In this document: positions 40,831 through 54,600 of the stretch, piece by piece
Position numbering within the stretch: position 1 is the stretch's first letter
Layout of the letters: the number at the start of each line of letters is the position of its first letter
Source: the human T2T-CHM13v2.0 reference genome, Homo sapiens
Strand: one strand, 5' to 3'
Assembly (NCBI RefSeq): GCF_009914755.1
Contig: NC_060928.1
Length of the DNA stretch: 64,000 bases
Position numbers and translations under genes: made by a program
The notes under the pieces: model-generated
Database searches by the model: none
The model's input: only the letters and a program-made list of their open reading frames with translations
Told to the model about the DNA's origin: nothing

Positions 40831-42267
40831 TACTAATAAATATTTAGACAGTGAATAAAATTCACATTGAAAATAGCATAGTAGAAGCTCAGAGAAAACT
40901 TGCAATACAAAACCTATTGAAATCTGCTCATCTTGGATTTTTCCAAGACTTACTTGCATACTGAACTCATTAAAACTTATCCTAAGAATAACTTAAAAAC
41001 ATATTTGCTCTTAAGTATTTGAAAGGGGCAACAAACAATGTATGAGTCTCTCAAGATTGATTCTACATATTTAATTTCTCTTTTAGAATAGTGTGCTGCG
41101 GTATACTGGAAGTCACCCTGAGACAGGGTCCATGAGCTACGATTTGTAGCCTTCATGCTGCCACTAATAAGCTAAGTGACCTTTCTACTTATCTGTATTC
41201 TAGCTTTCTAAAATTCAAAATGAAGAAGTGTGGTCATACAATCTGTATAATTGCTTTTCCCTCCTCAGAGTTTTGAGTTTTTCTAGGTTAGAGAAATATA
41301 ATATTTTATACTTATATGCATGGTTTTGTGTTTTTGTACTATAATAAATCTGCCAAACGAGAGATCTTCTACCATTTTGATAAATTTGTGTGGCATCAGT
41401 TGTCTAACAAAATATAGTTTCAACACTTTTAAGCCTCTACCAGCCATGATCCGGAGTCCAAGAGGACCTGGAAGGCAGTCCATTCTGAGCAGGCAACACT
41501 CTGGCAAGGTCATTCTGCTGTGTCTACCTTCACATGCAGGTTTTGACACTAGGGTCATTAGGACAGTGCTTTTTCAATGCAGTACACATTTTGAAATGCA
41601 CACTAATTTCGTGATAAAACATAACACACCATCAGCCCTTTCATTCATAAGTATCACCGATTTCTGTATGTAACATACAGCCTCCTTCGAACCTGCATCC
41701 TGAGCTCTAAACTCTTCTGAGCCATGCTCTATCCCCTCAGGATCAAAATGCCTTACAGCTAGAAAAGTTCCTAACAAATAGTGGACACTGAATAAGTGAT
41801 TCTTAAAGGATTGAGGGGATGATCGTTAGAATTTTACATTCTATACTGACTTCCCACACTCACTTTTGAGGAAAGAACTCTTTTTATGATTTTTTCAACT
41901 GTGGTGTCCCTAGGGCTCAAAACAGATCTACATCCATAGTGAATGAATTAATAAAGTATTAATGCAGTCAATAAGTGAATAACAAAGGCTGTTCAATCTA
42001 ACACAAAGGACATTTAATAAACACATACCATGTGTTACCATATGATGTGTATATGCATTTTAGATAAAATCATGAATATAGGGATAATGCAAACGATAAA
42101 AATAATTGAGGACATAGGAAAATAGGAAGTGTTTATAAGGAAATAAAACAGACAGCTTCTAAAGTGGCTTCAATGATCTTACCTCTTGGTATTCATGCCA
42201 TTGTGAAATTTCCTCCCCTTGTACGTAAGCTGGACCAATGGACTTTCTTCTAAAGAATAGAATAAGT

Positions 42268-42755
42268 AAATCAATAAATGGGATTCACCACATAAACAGA
42301 ATTAAAAACAAAAGCCATATGATCATCTCAATAGATGTAGAAAAAAGAATTTGATAAAATGCAACACCCTTTCATGATAAAAAGCCTTAAACTAAGCATT
42401 AAAGAAACATAACTCAAAATAATAAGGACCATCTATGACGAACCCACAGCGAACATCATACTGAATGGACAAAAGCTGGAAGCATTCCTCTGGAGAACCA
42501 GAACAAGACTAGGATGCGCCCTCTCACCACTCCTATTCAACATGGTACCGGAAGAGCTGGCCAGAGCAATCAGGCAGGAGAAAGAAATAAAAGGCATCCA
42601 AAGAGGTAAAAACAAAGTCAAATTGTCTCTTTCTGCTGATGATATGATTCTATATTTAGAAAACCCTAAAGATTATACCCAAAGACGCCTTGACCTGATA
42701 AATGACTTCAGTAAAGTTTCAGGACACAAAATCAATGTACAAAAATAGTAGCATT
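42268..42755 (+). mobile_element. L1 ORF2 reverse-transcriptase-domain fragment
   Basis: Translates ...[35 protein letters not shown]...KINVQK (degenerate FADD motif). Confidence 0.93.
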
Positions 42756-43300
42756 CCTTTTTTTATGTCTTTTTTTTTGTCTTCAACTTTTATTTTAAGT
42801 TCCAGGGCACATATGCAGGATGTTCAGGTTTGTTACATAGCTAAATGTGTGCCACAGTGTTTTGCTAGACAGATCAATCCATCATCTAGGTATTAAGCCA
42901 AGTATCCATTAGCTGTTCTTCCTGATGCTCTCCCTTCTCACATGCACCAACAGGCCCCAGAATGTGGACACGTGTTCCCCCCATATGTCCATGTGTTCTC
43001 ATTGTTCAGCTCCCACTTGTAAGAGAGAACATGTGGCATTTGTTTTTCTGTTCCCACAATAGTTTACTGAGGATAATGGCTCCTATCTCCATCCATGTCT
43101 CTGTAAAGGACATGATCTCATTCCTTTTTATGACTGCATAGTATTCCATGGTGTATATGTACCACATTTTCTTTATGTAGTATATCATTGAAGGGCATCT
43201 GGGTTGATTCCATGTCTTTGCTGTTGTGAATAGTGCTGCAATGAACATGCATGTGCATGTATCTTTATAATAGAATGATTTATATTCCTTTGGGTATATA
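42756..43300 (-). mobile_element. Antisense 5'-truncated L1PA 3' end nested in the older L1
   Basis: T-tail at the left, and the minus strand translates YPKEYKSFYYKDTCTCMFIAALFT...MFSLTSGS*. Confidence 0.92.
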
Positions 43301-43304
43301 TATA

Positions 43305-43697
43305 TAAATTGGATAAATAAATGCAGTACATATACACCATGGAATACTACAGAGCAATAAAGAAGAACAAAATTATGGCTTTTGCAACAATATGGATGCA
43401 ACTGGAGGCCTTATCCTGTGTTAATTAATGCAGAAACAGAAAACCCAATACCACATGTTCTCTTTTCTAAGTGGGAGCTAAATGAACACTTGGTACACAC
43501 GGACTCAAGACGAGAACGATAAATACTGGGGGTTCCACGAAGCGGCAGAGAGACAGAGGGGCAAGGCTGGAAAAACTACCCCTTGGGTCCTGTGTTCACT
43601 GTTTGGGCGACAGCCTCAGCTGAAGCCCGAACCTCAGTATCAAGCACTATATCCACATGAAAAACCGACACATGTACCCCCTGAATCCGAATAAAAG
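43305..43697 (+). mobile_element. L1 3' end (older L1PA-like), sense
   Basis: tggataaa...atatacaccatggaatactac...aagtgggagctaaa...acatgtacccctgaatccgaataaaag. Confidence 0.9.
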
Positions 43698-46600
43698 GAA
43701 GACTCCTTTTTAGCGATGGGATGGGATGTTGGAATGTCACGCTGAGATCAGGCTGCACAAAGGCAGCGATTTGCACCCAGCCCACTCTGCAGTGCTTTTC
43801 ACTTGCCTGTTCGGTCTGCCATGTTGAGAGCTGCCCCAGGGAAAGGCCCATTAGGCAAGGACCTGAGGGAGACCCTTGTCCAAAAATCAGAAACTCGAGA
43901 TCCCAGCCTAATAGCTTGAGAAACACTGAATCCTGCCAATGACCCCATGAATGAGCTTGGAAATGAATCCTCCCTTTGTCAAGGCTTCAGTTGAGAACAC
44001 GGACCTGACCGAAATTTGACTGTGATCTTGTGACATACCTTGGGCAGAGGCCCCGGGCTAAGCTGCCCCCACAGAAACTGTGAGATAATAAATGGTGGTT
44101 ACTTTGAAGCCCTCATGTTTTGACTAATTTGTTATGCTGCAATAGACAACGAATACTGTCAGGAATAAAATTAGCACATCAAACTTATATTGGTATTGTG
44201 TGGTGGGTACACAATTGCTAGAAGCAAGTCCAAATCTCACCTCTAGGTCTGGCTTTCTCTAAAGAGCTAAGCAAAGAGAGACACTGCCATGCCCAAGAAA
44301 CAGTGTCCATAAGATAGATGCAACTGAACTGTTGAGGAGAATCAGGGCTTTTCTCCATTTTGGAGCTGGAAGAGATGTTTCCCATTAGTTTTCTTAAAGT
44401 GATCCCAGGTGATGGATTAGGTGATGTCTAACACCACCACAAGAATGAATAAATGCATATCCAGGGCTCACTCTCAATGGATAACATCTCTCAGTATTAG
44501 TCATTGCCAGAATAAAGCTTGAGTGTTTTTACAATAGGCTACAAAAACTTTAAACACACATCATTCTAATGGTCAAGCTTGACTTTAAGGTAAAATTTAG
44601 AATATGCAGAGAGGCATATGGATGAATGGATGAATTCTAACCCTATTCTTAATAAGAATTGGTGAGTATAAACTTCAAGGCTGTAACCAAAGGCAAAACT
44701 CAGAAGTAAAGATATTTTGTGTTGCAATTTGAAAAGAGCTCCATAAATTTTAAAATCAAAATCATTTTATTAAATTAGGTACAATATTAGATGCTCAGCT
44801 CGCACACCGATCTAGACAAGATGCCACATCAGGAAGTAATTTTAGAAAGTGGGGAAGAGGTGAGCATCCCCATTCTCCAGCCCAGGGCTCCAGCCAATGT
44901 CAACAACTAGTGATGTCCTGTCTGTCATTGAACTACAGGCAGGCCCACAGACCTCTAGTGAAGGTGTGGAGTCTGTGGTTTCAGTTGTAGTGAGTTCTCT
45001 CCTTGCAACTGCTCATCGTATCCCAAACTGGAAAATGACTATAAGATGTTCAGAAATGAATAGTATTAGGTTATTTTTTTTTTTACCTACCTGAAGCACA
45101 TGTGCCGTCAGGACAATTTTTACTTCTTCCAACCCAAATGACCTTGAAACAGGAGCGTTTATTTCACGTGCTGCTAATGACAAGGTAATAACTGTTCAAT
45201 TAAAAAGTGTTATGAAATCTCTCTTTTCCTTTTAAATCCCTTAAATTTTCTGCAAATGTGATTTTTTTCTGTCATACCTGTCTCATTGACATAGCTGATC
45301 TCCTGGAGTAGTTCAGAAACAAACTTTCTGTTTACACAGCCTATCAGGAGCACAAAACCTCGTTTTCTGCCCTGACTTTTCCCTGATATGACCAAAGGAA
45401 GCACGAAATTGTGGGGATTTGTGGAGAGCGATTTGTCAGCCTTTTCTTATTTACTTGGACTGTGAGATATAAATTGAATTTGGGGCTCTCTCTTCAAGAA
45501 TAAGTTATTTGTTATCAAATAGGATAACATTAGTGGATCGGACGTGGATAAGTTGTTTCTCTTATAACCTCGTTAGGTGTGTGAGGGTGCTCTGAGTTCT
45601 AGAATAATGGTTTGCTTTTCTGTGTACACTTGGCTTTCATTTATGACTATCTCATTTGAACACCCTTGGTCTGCTGGATAGTGAATGTCTTTCCACATAA
45701 AATGGAACAGACTGAAGACAGCAGAACTACTTATTACAGCCATTTTAACAGACATGGCAGGTTTTCACATGGTTTCCTCAGCTATTGGGATTATTACTGA
45801 TTGAACATACAGTCTATGAGAACTGATTAACAATGTCACGGCTACTAGATTGCTTGGTGAACTCACTTGACCTTAGTGGTAACTGTGGCACGATGGTGCT
45901 TGAGAAATCATCAAAACTTAAAAGAAAAATGAGAAGATAATGGTTAAAATATGAATTGGTAAATGCTAATATAAATCAGCTGCTATTCAAATTCCTTAGT
46001 TGACTTGTTCCCTATTTAGGTAGTGACTCCGTCAGATATGGAAATGTTGAGGCATCTGACATTACCTCCAATGTGGAAAAGCATCCACACATATGGAACA
46101 AAGAATTGCCCCAAATAACAAAAATGCAGCTGCAATTACAGAACAAACACGTTGCCTCCTATATCTCAGCACAGTTGTTTCTGTTTTATGGTACTTATTT
46201 ATGTAGTGACTAATCTGGGATATTCAGTAATTTGCAGTGGGGTCTTTCATCATTAGTGCGAGTTAACAAAATGGTTCTGTTGTCCTTAGTAATTAATTTG
46301 GTAGGAAATGAGGAAGATACAACACATTCTGAGGGCTGCTCAATACCTTTATCTTCCTTTACTGTCTGTTAGCTAAATATGGAATTTTAATTTCCTCCCT
46401 AATTATCAAAGAGTCTTTTGCTAAATGGGCATGTCCCTGAGGCCCAATTGCTTACTTTTACTCTCTAGATTTTCACCTCACTTTTTGGAAATGCATTCTT
46501 ATGAACTTGCAAGTCGTTCACAAACATTTCTATGGTAAAAAGTTAAACACTAACCAACATTAAACAGCTCCAGAGTGTGTTGAGCCTTCTGCCAGCCCCT

Positions 46601-47384
46601 TCACTGATGTCATTTCATTTGTTCCTCCGGGTAACCCTTCAAGGGTGGCAATGAAGGGATGTGGTTTGCAAGAAGAAAACTGGCTTGTTGAAGCTTCTTC
46701 CTCAACATCCTGTTATCTAGGTGGAGAAACTGAGATTCAAACTTAGTTTTGTTCTGAAGCCCACAGTGTGGTTGGTCTGGCTCTAGAGCCCACATTCGCT
46801 GTGAAAAGGTAACATTACTGTACTTATCCTGAGTTGGTTTAGCTTTGGCATCTCATCAGTGCTGCTGCTCAGTTACTGCTTGTCATATGATGCCTAACAG
46901 TTTTCTGAGTTTTACCTTGGCATGGAAGATTGGAGATATGCAAACTTGCATGCCTTTATTTCCTCTAGACTTTGCCGATTCTATGGAAACCAAAACGATT
47001 TTTTATATCAAAGTCGATTAGCATTTTTCAGAACAAGTAGAACACCTGAAATTTAAGTTAAAACTGTAGCTACCATTTGTGTCTGCATTCACATCATTCT
47101 AACAATCTAGATGATGCCTTGCCATAGTTAAATATCTACATTGCCAACATGATAATGATGATGACAGTAACAACAGCAGCTACTCTTTACTCATTGTGAA
47201 ATACATTCTAGGCTGGGTAGTTAACGATTATCGAAGTTTTTCAAATGAGAAAAATATGGTATAGCACAGTTAAGAAATTTACTCAGGGTCTTACAGCTAG
47301 TAAGTGGCAGTGTTAAACCAATATTTTAAAATTTGCTCATAATTGGTTAACATTTTTCTGTTTTCTTGGTATTAGTTATATGTA

Positions 47385-48085
47385 CAGAGTGAGTATCCTT
47401 TGAAATGTTTGGAATCAGAAGTGTTTTGGATTTTTTTATTTTGGAACATTTTGCATATACATAATAAGATATCTAGGGGATTGGATCCAAGTCCAAACAT
47501 GATATTGATTTAAGTCTTAAATACACCTTGAAAACACAGACTGAAAGTGATCTTACACAATATTTTAAATAAAGTGCATGAAACAAAGTTGGTGTACATT
47601 GAGCCATCAGAAAACAAAAATGCCACGACCTGAGCCACCCATGTGGATAATCTGTGGTTGTTTGGCATCACCGTCTTTCATGACTGAATTTATGTGCTAC
47701 CTATAAGCAATTTTGTGTATGCTGATTCACACATCAGTACTTCACAGTCACAAATATGACATACTGTTAATATAGTGTAAAAACAATGTGTGCAGGCTAG
47801 CTAAACAGCACAGAAGCATCACCAGATACCTGTATCAGCTGCTAACCAACAGCAACAACAAACAATGGCAGGTGTCTGTTCTTCAGCTACAATGCTGTGC
47901 TTGATTAAGCACACCGTACAGTAACTCCCTTGGGAACTGTGAATAAACGGTGTGTTGTGCACCTGTGTTTTGACTGCTACCCATCACATGAGGTCAGCTG
48001 TGAAATTCCCGCTTGTGGTGTGATGTTGGCATGAATTTTGGAGCATTCTGAATTTTAGATTTTCTGATTAGGAATGCGTAATCTG
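47385..48085. mobile_element. Tc1/mariner-Tigger DNA transposon deletion derivative (Tigger4/MER46-like)
   Basis: TA-cagagtgagtatcc..gaaatgtttggaatcagaagtgttttggattttt at the left and ttagattttctgattaggaatgcgtaatctg-TA at the right: degenerate TIRs with TA duplication. Confidence 0.8.
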
Positions 48086-48280
48086 TAGTATTCTGTTCTA
48101 ATGTTGGTCTTTGGTGTTGCAATTATTGTGTTAAGATTTTGTTTGGTCTATCAAAAGTCATAATGATGACTACTGAAATGATTTTGAAATCAGTAGTTAT
48201 TCTTTGTAAAAGGAGGATTTTGAAGATCCAATGTCTTTTATCAAACATCTCACCAGTAAATTAAGAAGATCTAAATCTTG

Positions 48281-48281
<1 letters not shown>

Positions 48282-48314
<33 letters not shown>
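48282..48314. repeat. (CA)16 microsatellite
   Basis: Directly visible. Confidence 0.97.
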
Positions 48315-48318
<4 letters not shown>

Positions 48319-50228
48319 ATGCTTTAAAATCTATCTTTCCAATGTGGTTCCCACTGCACATCTTGAGGGGATCTTCTCTGGATTTCCACATAAGCATTGT
48401 TCAGAAAATGCTTTTCAGGCAGAGCTTTGTCCTCCAGAAATTCCATAGACTAGCAGGTTGTAGGTACCATTCACGTGGATAACCAGCTCTGAGGGCAATG
48501 ATATGAATTTAGATTAAAACAAATGAAAATACCATCTGTTTTGTGGTTAGGCTATTCATCTCACTATAATGGTAGACCATCTATAGTCATCTATGCTTGG
48601 CTTTGGAAGGATAACCCTGATCAACACAAGTATTAAATAATGACAAGCCCCTAAATAGTTAAAGCTTAATCCAAATTGCCAATTACCTTTCCAAAATTTT
48701 GAAAAGAGAACTTTATAGAAAAGCTTATTAAATATGGCTAAAAAGAATGTTTTTGGTACAGAAGGTGCTTTTATCCAGTAGTTTTCAAGAACTTCAAGTA
48801 CACGTTTCAATTCATACATTTCATTCATGCATTACACAAATACAGAAAGTAAAAATTATAAAGTTAAATCTATTCTTCCAGCATTCCTAATGAATTCTTC
48901 TGTGATACCTCCTTGCTGGATTTTCACATTCCAACACAGAGACCGTTGGTTAATCCAAACTTTTGCCTTCACAAATTAGCCCACATGGCTTAAATTTAAG
49001 AACATAATTTGTTTTTTTGTTTGTTTGTTTGTTTTAGTTCTAATCTTAGCATGTTAGGGAAACTGTGGGGTTTCTCTAGAAAAGTTACAAATAAAAGATA
49101 AGCCTCTTATTTTACAAATTCCTCAAGGTGTGATACAAACTTGATCGGAGCAAACACTTCCCTATCAATGCAATGGATTCCCCATATAACTCCCATGGAC
49201 TGTGTGTGAGGCTCTTGTCAGAGAGATGATCCAGTCAGAAGTCAGAAAAAAGAAAGGCATTTGAATGGTATTTCTTTGCCAATTCATATTCACCGCCTCT
49301 AAACCCTATACTCTTATTTTCTGCTGGAAGTATGAAAAGGGAGGGAATAAATGTAGGAAGAAAGGAAACTGCGAAAATAGGGAGGAAAAGAACAGAGAAG
49401 AGGAGAGAGTGGAATGGAAACAGGAACAGGACATTTCTGAAGGGTATTATCCACTCTTGGCTAAGGTGAAGTAGCAGCTAATTAGGCTATGGGGAGACCC
49501 AGAGCACCCTCTTTTCTTTTAGCAAACCCCCACGAGCTTATGGCTTTTCCCCCAGCTGGGCAGGTTTCCTATTGAAATCTGTCTCCTGGAGGACTCTGGA
49601 GCACGTCTCTATCTGAAAAGCCTCGTAACTGTGACCTTGACAAACATCCCTTGCAGGACCTTGAGAGATGGTAGAAAATTTAGAGTTTTGTGATTTACAT
49701 GCTGCAGAATAGATACCTATTGATCTTTTTTTTCCTTCTAAGAAAATGTTCCTTTGATACATTCTGGCTGAAGAATTGGAAAATATGGGTTTTATTTTGT
49801 TTCGATTTGATTTGGTTTTTCCAAAGGAGAGATAATCGGTGAATTCCACTGGGGATGGGTGGTTGTTTAGCCAAGTGTAATGTTCCATAAATTATCTGGG
49901 CCTTGAACTATTGCCATGTATGATACATGAGTGATACACACAACCCAAAAAGGATTTATTCTTTATTTTCCCACCCAGTTTCAGAGGGAGAAAATAACCA
50001 GGAGCCAGGAAATAGTGATAATAAACTTCACTATACCTTAAAAACCAATGTTATTCTCATTTTCATTAAAGGACAATGAAGCTCATGAAAATAATCCACA
50101 TATTGATACTATTCATCATCTTCCTCATCACAAATTAAAAATGATGCTAATTAAAAAGGTATTCATATATGTAAAGCTGTTGTTTTTAGTCTTTTTAAAA
50201 AAGCTCATACCATATATATGTATATACG

Positions 50229-50510
50229 TTTTTTCAGCTTTACTGAGGCATAATTGCCATTTTATGTATTTAATGTATACAACATGATATTTTGATGTAT
50301 GTATAGATTGTGAAATAATTACACAATCAAGCCAACTAACATATTCATCACCTCACACAGTTGCCTTTTTCTGGTGTAGTGAGAACACTTGAGATCTACT
50401 TTCTTAGCAATGTAAGTGTACAATACATTATTACTAACTATAGTGACCATGCTATACAGTAGATCTCCAGAACTTACTCATGTGATAACTCAAAGTATGT
50501 ATCTTTGTCT
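50229..50510 (-). mobile_element. L1MA-like 3' end fragment
   Basis: aacatattcatcacctcacacagtt..gtgagaacacttgagatctactttcttagcaa..tattactaactatagtgaccatgct..agatctccagaactta. Confidence 0.8.
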
Positions 50511-53500
50511 TAGCCTTTTTTTTTAGTGGTTGAAAAGAAATAATCAAAAGTTAGTTTTTTTCTGCCTTTTAAAATTTACTGTTTTTAAAGCAGCACAAAT
50601 ATAATATTTGATAAATGTTACTTTTATATATGTGATTTCTGGCATATGAAAATAATCTCTTGTTAGCTGTTTTTAAATGTCTTTTTTCTTGATGCTAGTT
50701 GAGATTTAAAGGAGAATTTAAATGTAAAAAATCTAGAACAGTTATCTCAAGAAAAGTGCCTCCAGCCTCTTAAGCCATTATTTACATGAGGAATTGCCAG
50801 GAGCAGCAGCCATTGAATGCGAAGCAAGAGACTGCTCTATGTGTATGTTTTATAGTTCCCCTTTGAACCTGTCTAATTCCAGTGTGAAAATAATGTTTGG
50901 CTCTTTATTAGCTAATTTGAATCTACTTTGTGGTTTATATAAAATACATTCTCCTAGGAGTTTATAATCCAGGAAATGTTCTTGATACTTTGAAACTCTT
51001 TTGGGGAGACATGTGGTTACTTCATTGAGGACTGCACTTCTTCGAAGGAGAATGTGACCAAGTTCGCTGCTCTACAAGTGCTAGGGAGAGCGTGGAGGCG
51101 CACTCAGTGAAATGACAGGAAACATACAATACCCGTGGCATTTTACTTTAATCCCAGATTTTCCTAAAACAGTCGTTATAACCACCTTGAAAATAAATCG
51201 TTTAACATTCTTTCCCCTATTCATGAAGTAGGGTACAATATTATTTAATTTATAGCACAAGAATTTTGTGAGACCTGGAAATATTGATAATACAAATTAG
51301 GAAGAAAATAAAAACTCTGGCTTATGTCTTAGACCTTCAAAAGTTAGAATTTGTGGAAAATTAAGTAGCAAATTAATTTGTAGCTTGTTTTATTTCTCTG
51401 TTTTTATTACATGGGGATTTGTGGTTATAAAATAATTATAAACTTTTAGAACTGGAAAGATCTTAGAAATAATCTATTTTACGAATGAGGAAATTAAAAT
51501 CAATATACGTACAATGATGTGCCCACATCTGCACAGCTCTGGAAAGTTCTCTTCCTGTTGAATGTATCCTTTTTTAGCTTTCAGGGAAGATCGAAAATCA
51601 TAATTATGCACCCTGCCTCCTCTGTTCAAATCCCACTCCAACCTTACTTATGACTTGGAGTTTGGCAAAAACTTCCATGTTCCAACAGGACCTTGCCTCC
51701 CTGGCAGTAGTAGATTAACTAGGGATACTGATGGCGCAGTAATTCCAGGGATGATCAAGAGAGCCAACAATGTTGAGTGCTTCCCATAAGCCATAGTCTT
51801 TGAAGTCCTTAATATGTGTGAGTTTGTTTAACCCTCACGACGATATGCTTTGGGATAGATACCACTATCATCTCTATTTTCCAAATGAAGAGCCTGAAAT
51901 GGAAGTAAGTACTTTACTGAAGCCCACACATATGGTAGGGGCAGGGCTGTAATTCAGTGTGGCTCCAGCATCTGTGCACTACATAGCAGGCATACAGTTA
52001 GGACAATCTGAGGACAATTATTGGCCCAAAGTTGGGCACGGGACATAAGCCAGGCCAACAGGAGCTATTTCCTGGAATTTTTCAAACAGAATCTAGAGAA
52101 TGAAGTATGTTTCTGATGGGCAGGGTGAGAGATGTCCACCACAATTCTGTCAGGCCATATTTCCTGCTAGGCTGAGGAAGCTCGTCAGAGAGAAGGAAGC
52201 TAACACATGTGAGGAGTAGAGATTGGAGAAGGCGAGAGTGTCGTGGGATGGGCACCTGGCTGCATACCTGCTGTTCCCTGCAAAGCTTTTAGTCGATTAA
52301 ATGTTTCTCCCTTTTCTTTTTTATATGTAAATCAGAGGAGATTGCCTAATTAAAGTAATTATTGATAAGAGCGAATCCCTGCTTAGCTCTTACTATGAGT
52401 TAGGCATGGTTATAAGTGCTTTTTATCTCATTTATATCACTTAATCCTTAAGATAATCTAACGCAATAAGTTCTACTTTCAATTCCCATTTTATAAAGGA
52501 GAAAACAGGGGCACAGAGAAGTCACTTGCCCAAAGGTATATGGTTAATACCGTGACTACCTGCTGTAGTCAAACTGAACATGGGACTGTTTGACTCCGAA
52601 CTTGGTTCTTAGCTCCATGCCCCGTATTCCCCACATGACCTAGAACCCACTGCATGGAGATCTCCATTAACAGTGAAAACCAAAAATCTTTCCCAAGTGA
52701 TTCAAAAATACTACCAGAGACAGTTTTTATATCTCCTCTATGGGGCTGACAAGATTTAGGAGTGACAGTTTGCTGATGATATTACCACAGTAAATACTTG
52801 TAATATCAATAGTGATCACATATATTTTAAACATTAGCCATTTATTAATAATAATGATGGTGACTATTTTTTCTAAAGTGCAATGCACCTTAAAAAATTT
52901 AAGAAAATAAATGATTCTGATTTATTTTCCTCAAATTGTGTAAGAACATTTTTATGGATAAGAAAATGATAACTTAGAAACAATTAAAACTTGAAATAAT
53001 TATTAAATAAATTGGACATGGGTTTCACTGAAATAACAGTTCTGGAAGTTCAACCTAGGCTTTTCACTCTCAGTCACATGTGCTTTCTCACAAGGCACTG
53101 GAAAAGCGTCATGCAAATACAAATTAGTCTCATCCTAAAAGGCAAAGTAAACAGCAAAACATGTACCCAGTGAATGTAATGAGCAGTCACACTGAAGCTC
53201 AGGCGTAAGCTACGGGAAAACTCTTTTTATCCTTTAGCAATAAATCCTGTTTTGACTGAATTATAGTATTTGGATAATTGATCCAATTCTCCTCACATGC
53301 GCATTTATTATTAGTGTTCTATGTGGTCTAGCTAAACCCCAGTGATTCATGAAGAGCAATCATAACCACAGAAATAAGGCTCCAAGATGTACTTCCAAAG
53401 CACAGGCCAAGCATTTGAATAAGCTGCAGCCTGCCTGTACCATTAATCTTGCATGCTGCTTTGCAAGTGTGTTCTATTGGATTATATTCAAGGCCATTTC

Positions 53501-53614
53501 GCCATGTGTTCAACTAGACTGCAAATTCTTTAAAGGATGGACCTCAAAGGGGTATCATGAAGGAAAACATGCAATATTACAAAGTGCTTAGCTCTTTATA
53601 ACTCTTCTCTTGCT

Positions 53615-54095
53615 TTTATTCATTCAACAACTATCCACTGACCACCTCCTTGGTGCCAGGCCTGAGGTTCTGGAGATATAAGCAGTGAGCAAGAAGTGGA
53701 CGTGGGCCCCATCCCAACAGAGCTTACATTCTCAGGGAGGGAAGCAGCCCATAAGCACACTAGCAAGCAAGCAAGCAAGTAAGTATGCAACAGTAATTAG
53801 TGCTCGGAGGGAAAGTGTGGCATGCAGTGCCTGAGATCCATCCTTGGAGAGGAGATGTGGAGGCTGAAGCTTAAATGCTGAGACAAGCTGGCCTTATGAG
53901 GATCTGGGCAGGAATGTTCTGGGTCCCAGGAGCAGTTGGGGCAAAAGCATTGTGGTTGAAAAGCACTTGCTTCATTTAAGAAGCAGAAAGGATGTCCATG
54001 TGGCTGTGGAACCGTGAGTGAGCTTGAAGAAGAGTGGGAAAAATGGGAATGGAAAGGTAGAAGAGTTTTAGAAAGGGGCCACATGGTTTATGTCC
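53615..54095 (-). mobile_element. L2 3' end
   Basis: ttattcattcaacaa...gtgccaggc...ggagatataagcagtgagcaaga is an antisense L2 terminus. Confidence 0.7.
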
Positions 54096-54100
54096 TAAAT

Positions 54101-54285
54101 CAAAGGTAGACACACTTTCTCTCTAAAGAGCCAGAAAGCAGATGTTTTGGACTTGGTGGACTGTGTGGTCGCCATGGTGACTACTCAGTTCTGCAGCTGT
54201 GATGCAAAAGCAGCCACAGGCGACGTGGAAATGAATGGGCATGGTGTCTGCGAACACAGCCTAATTTATTGGAACAATAAACTGG
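54101..54285. mobile_element. MER58A-like hAT-Charlie element
   Basis: actttctctctaaagagccaga...actactcagttctgcagctgtgatgcaaaagcagccacaggc..aaatgaatgggcatgg. Confidence 0.75.
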
Positions 54286-54600
54286 GAATTTTATTTTTAA
54301 ATTTTAATATTAAATCTCTTTAAAAGATAACCCGGCCTTTATGGAAATATGATGATGATATGATAACCGTGAAGAGTGCACATTCCCTGTGCAGTTCAGG
54401 CAGAGCTCTCAGTGCGGGGTCAAGTTCAAAGAAACGCCAACCTCACACCACAACGTCCTTGTAAAGTTGTTGTAAATCTGTATGGAGGTACCTCAAAAAA
54501 ATGCCAACAAAGGCTCCCATTCATAATAAGCAAGCCTTCCTGAAATACTTGTTTATTACGTTTTTCACTTATTTCACATACAGACAGAGCTGTCGCCTAG

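Larger units (their letters stand above)
42150..44156. mobile_element. MLT1-like LTR (42150-42265 and ~43700-44156) split by a composite L1 insertion
   Basis: ttcctccccttg..agctggacc..gact..cttctaaagaatagaat on the left, and ccacagaaactgtgagataataaatg...gttatgctgcaatagacaacgaatac on the right. Confidence 0.75.
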
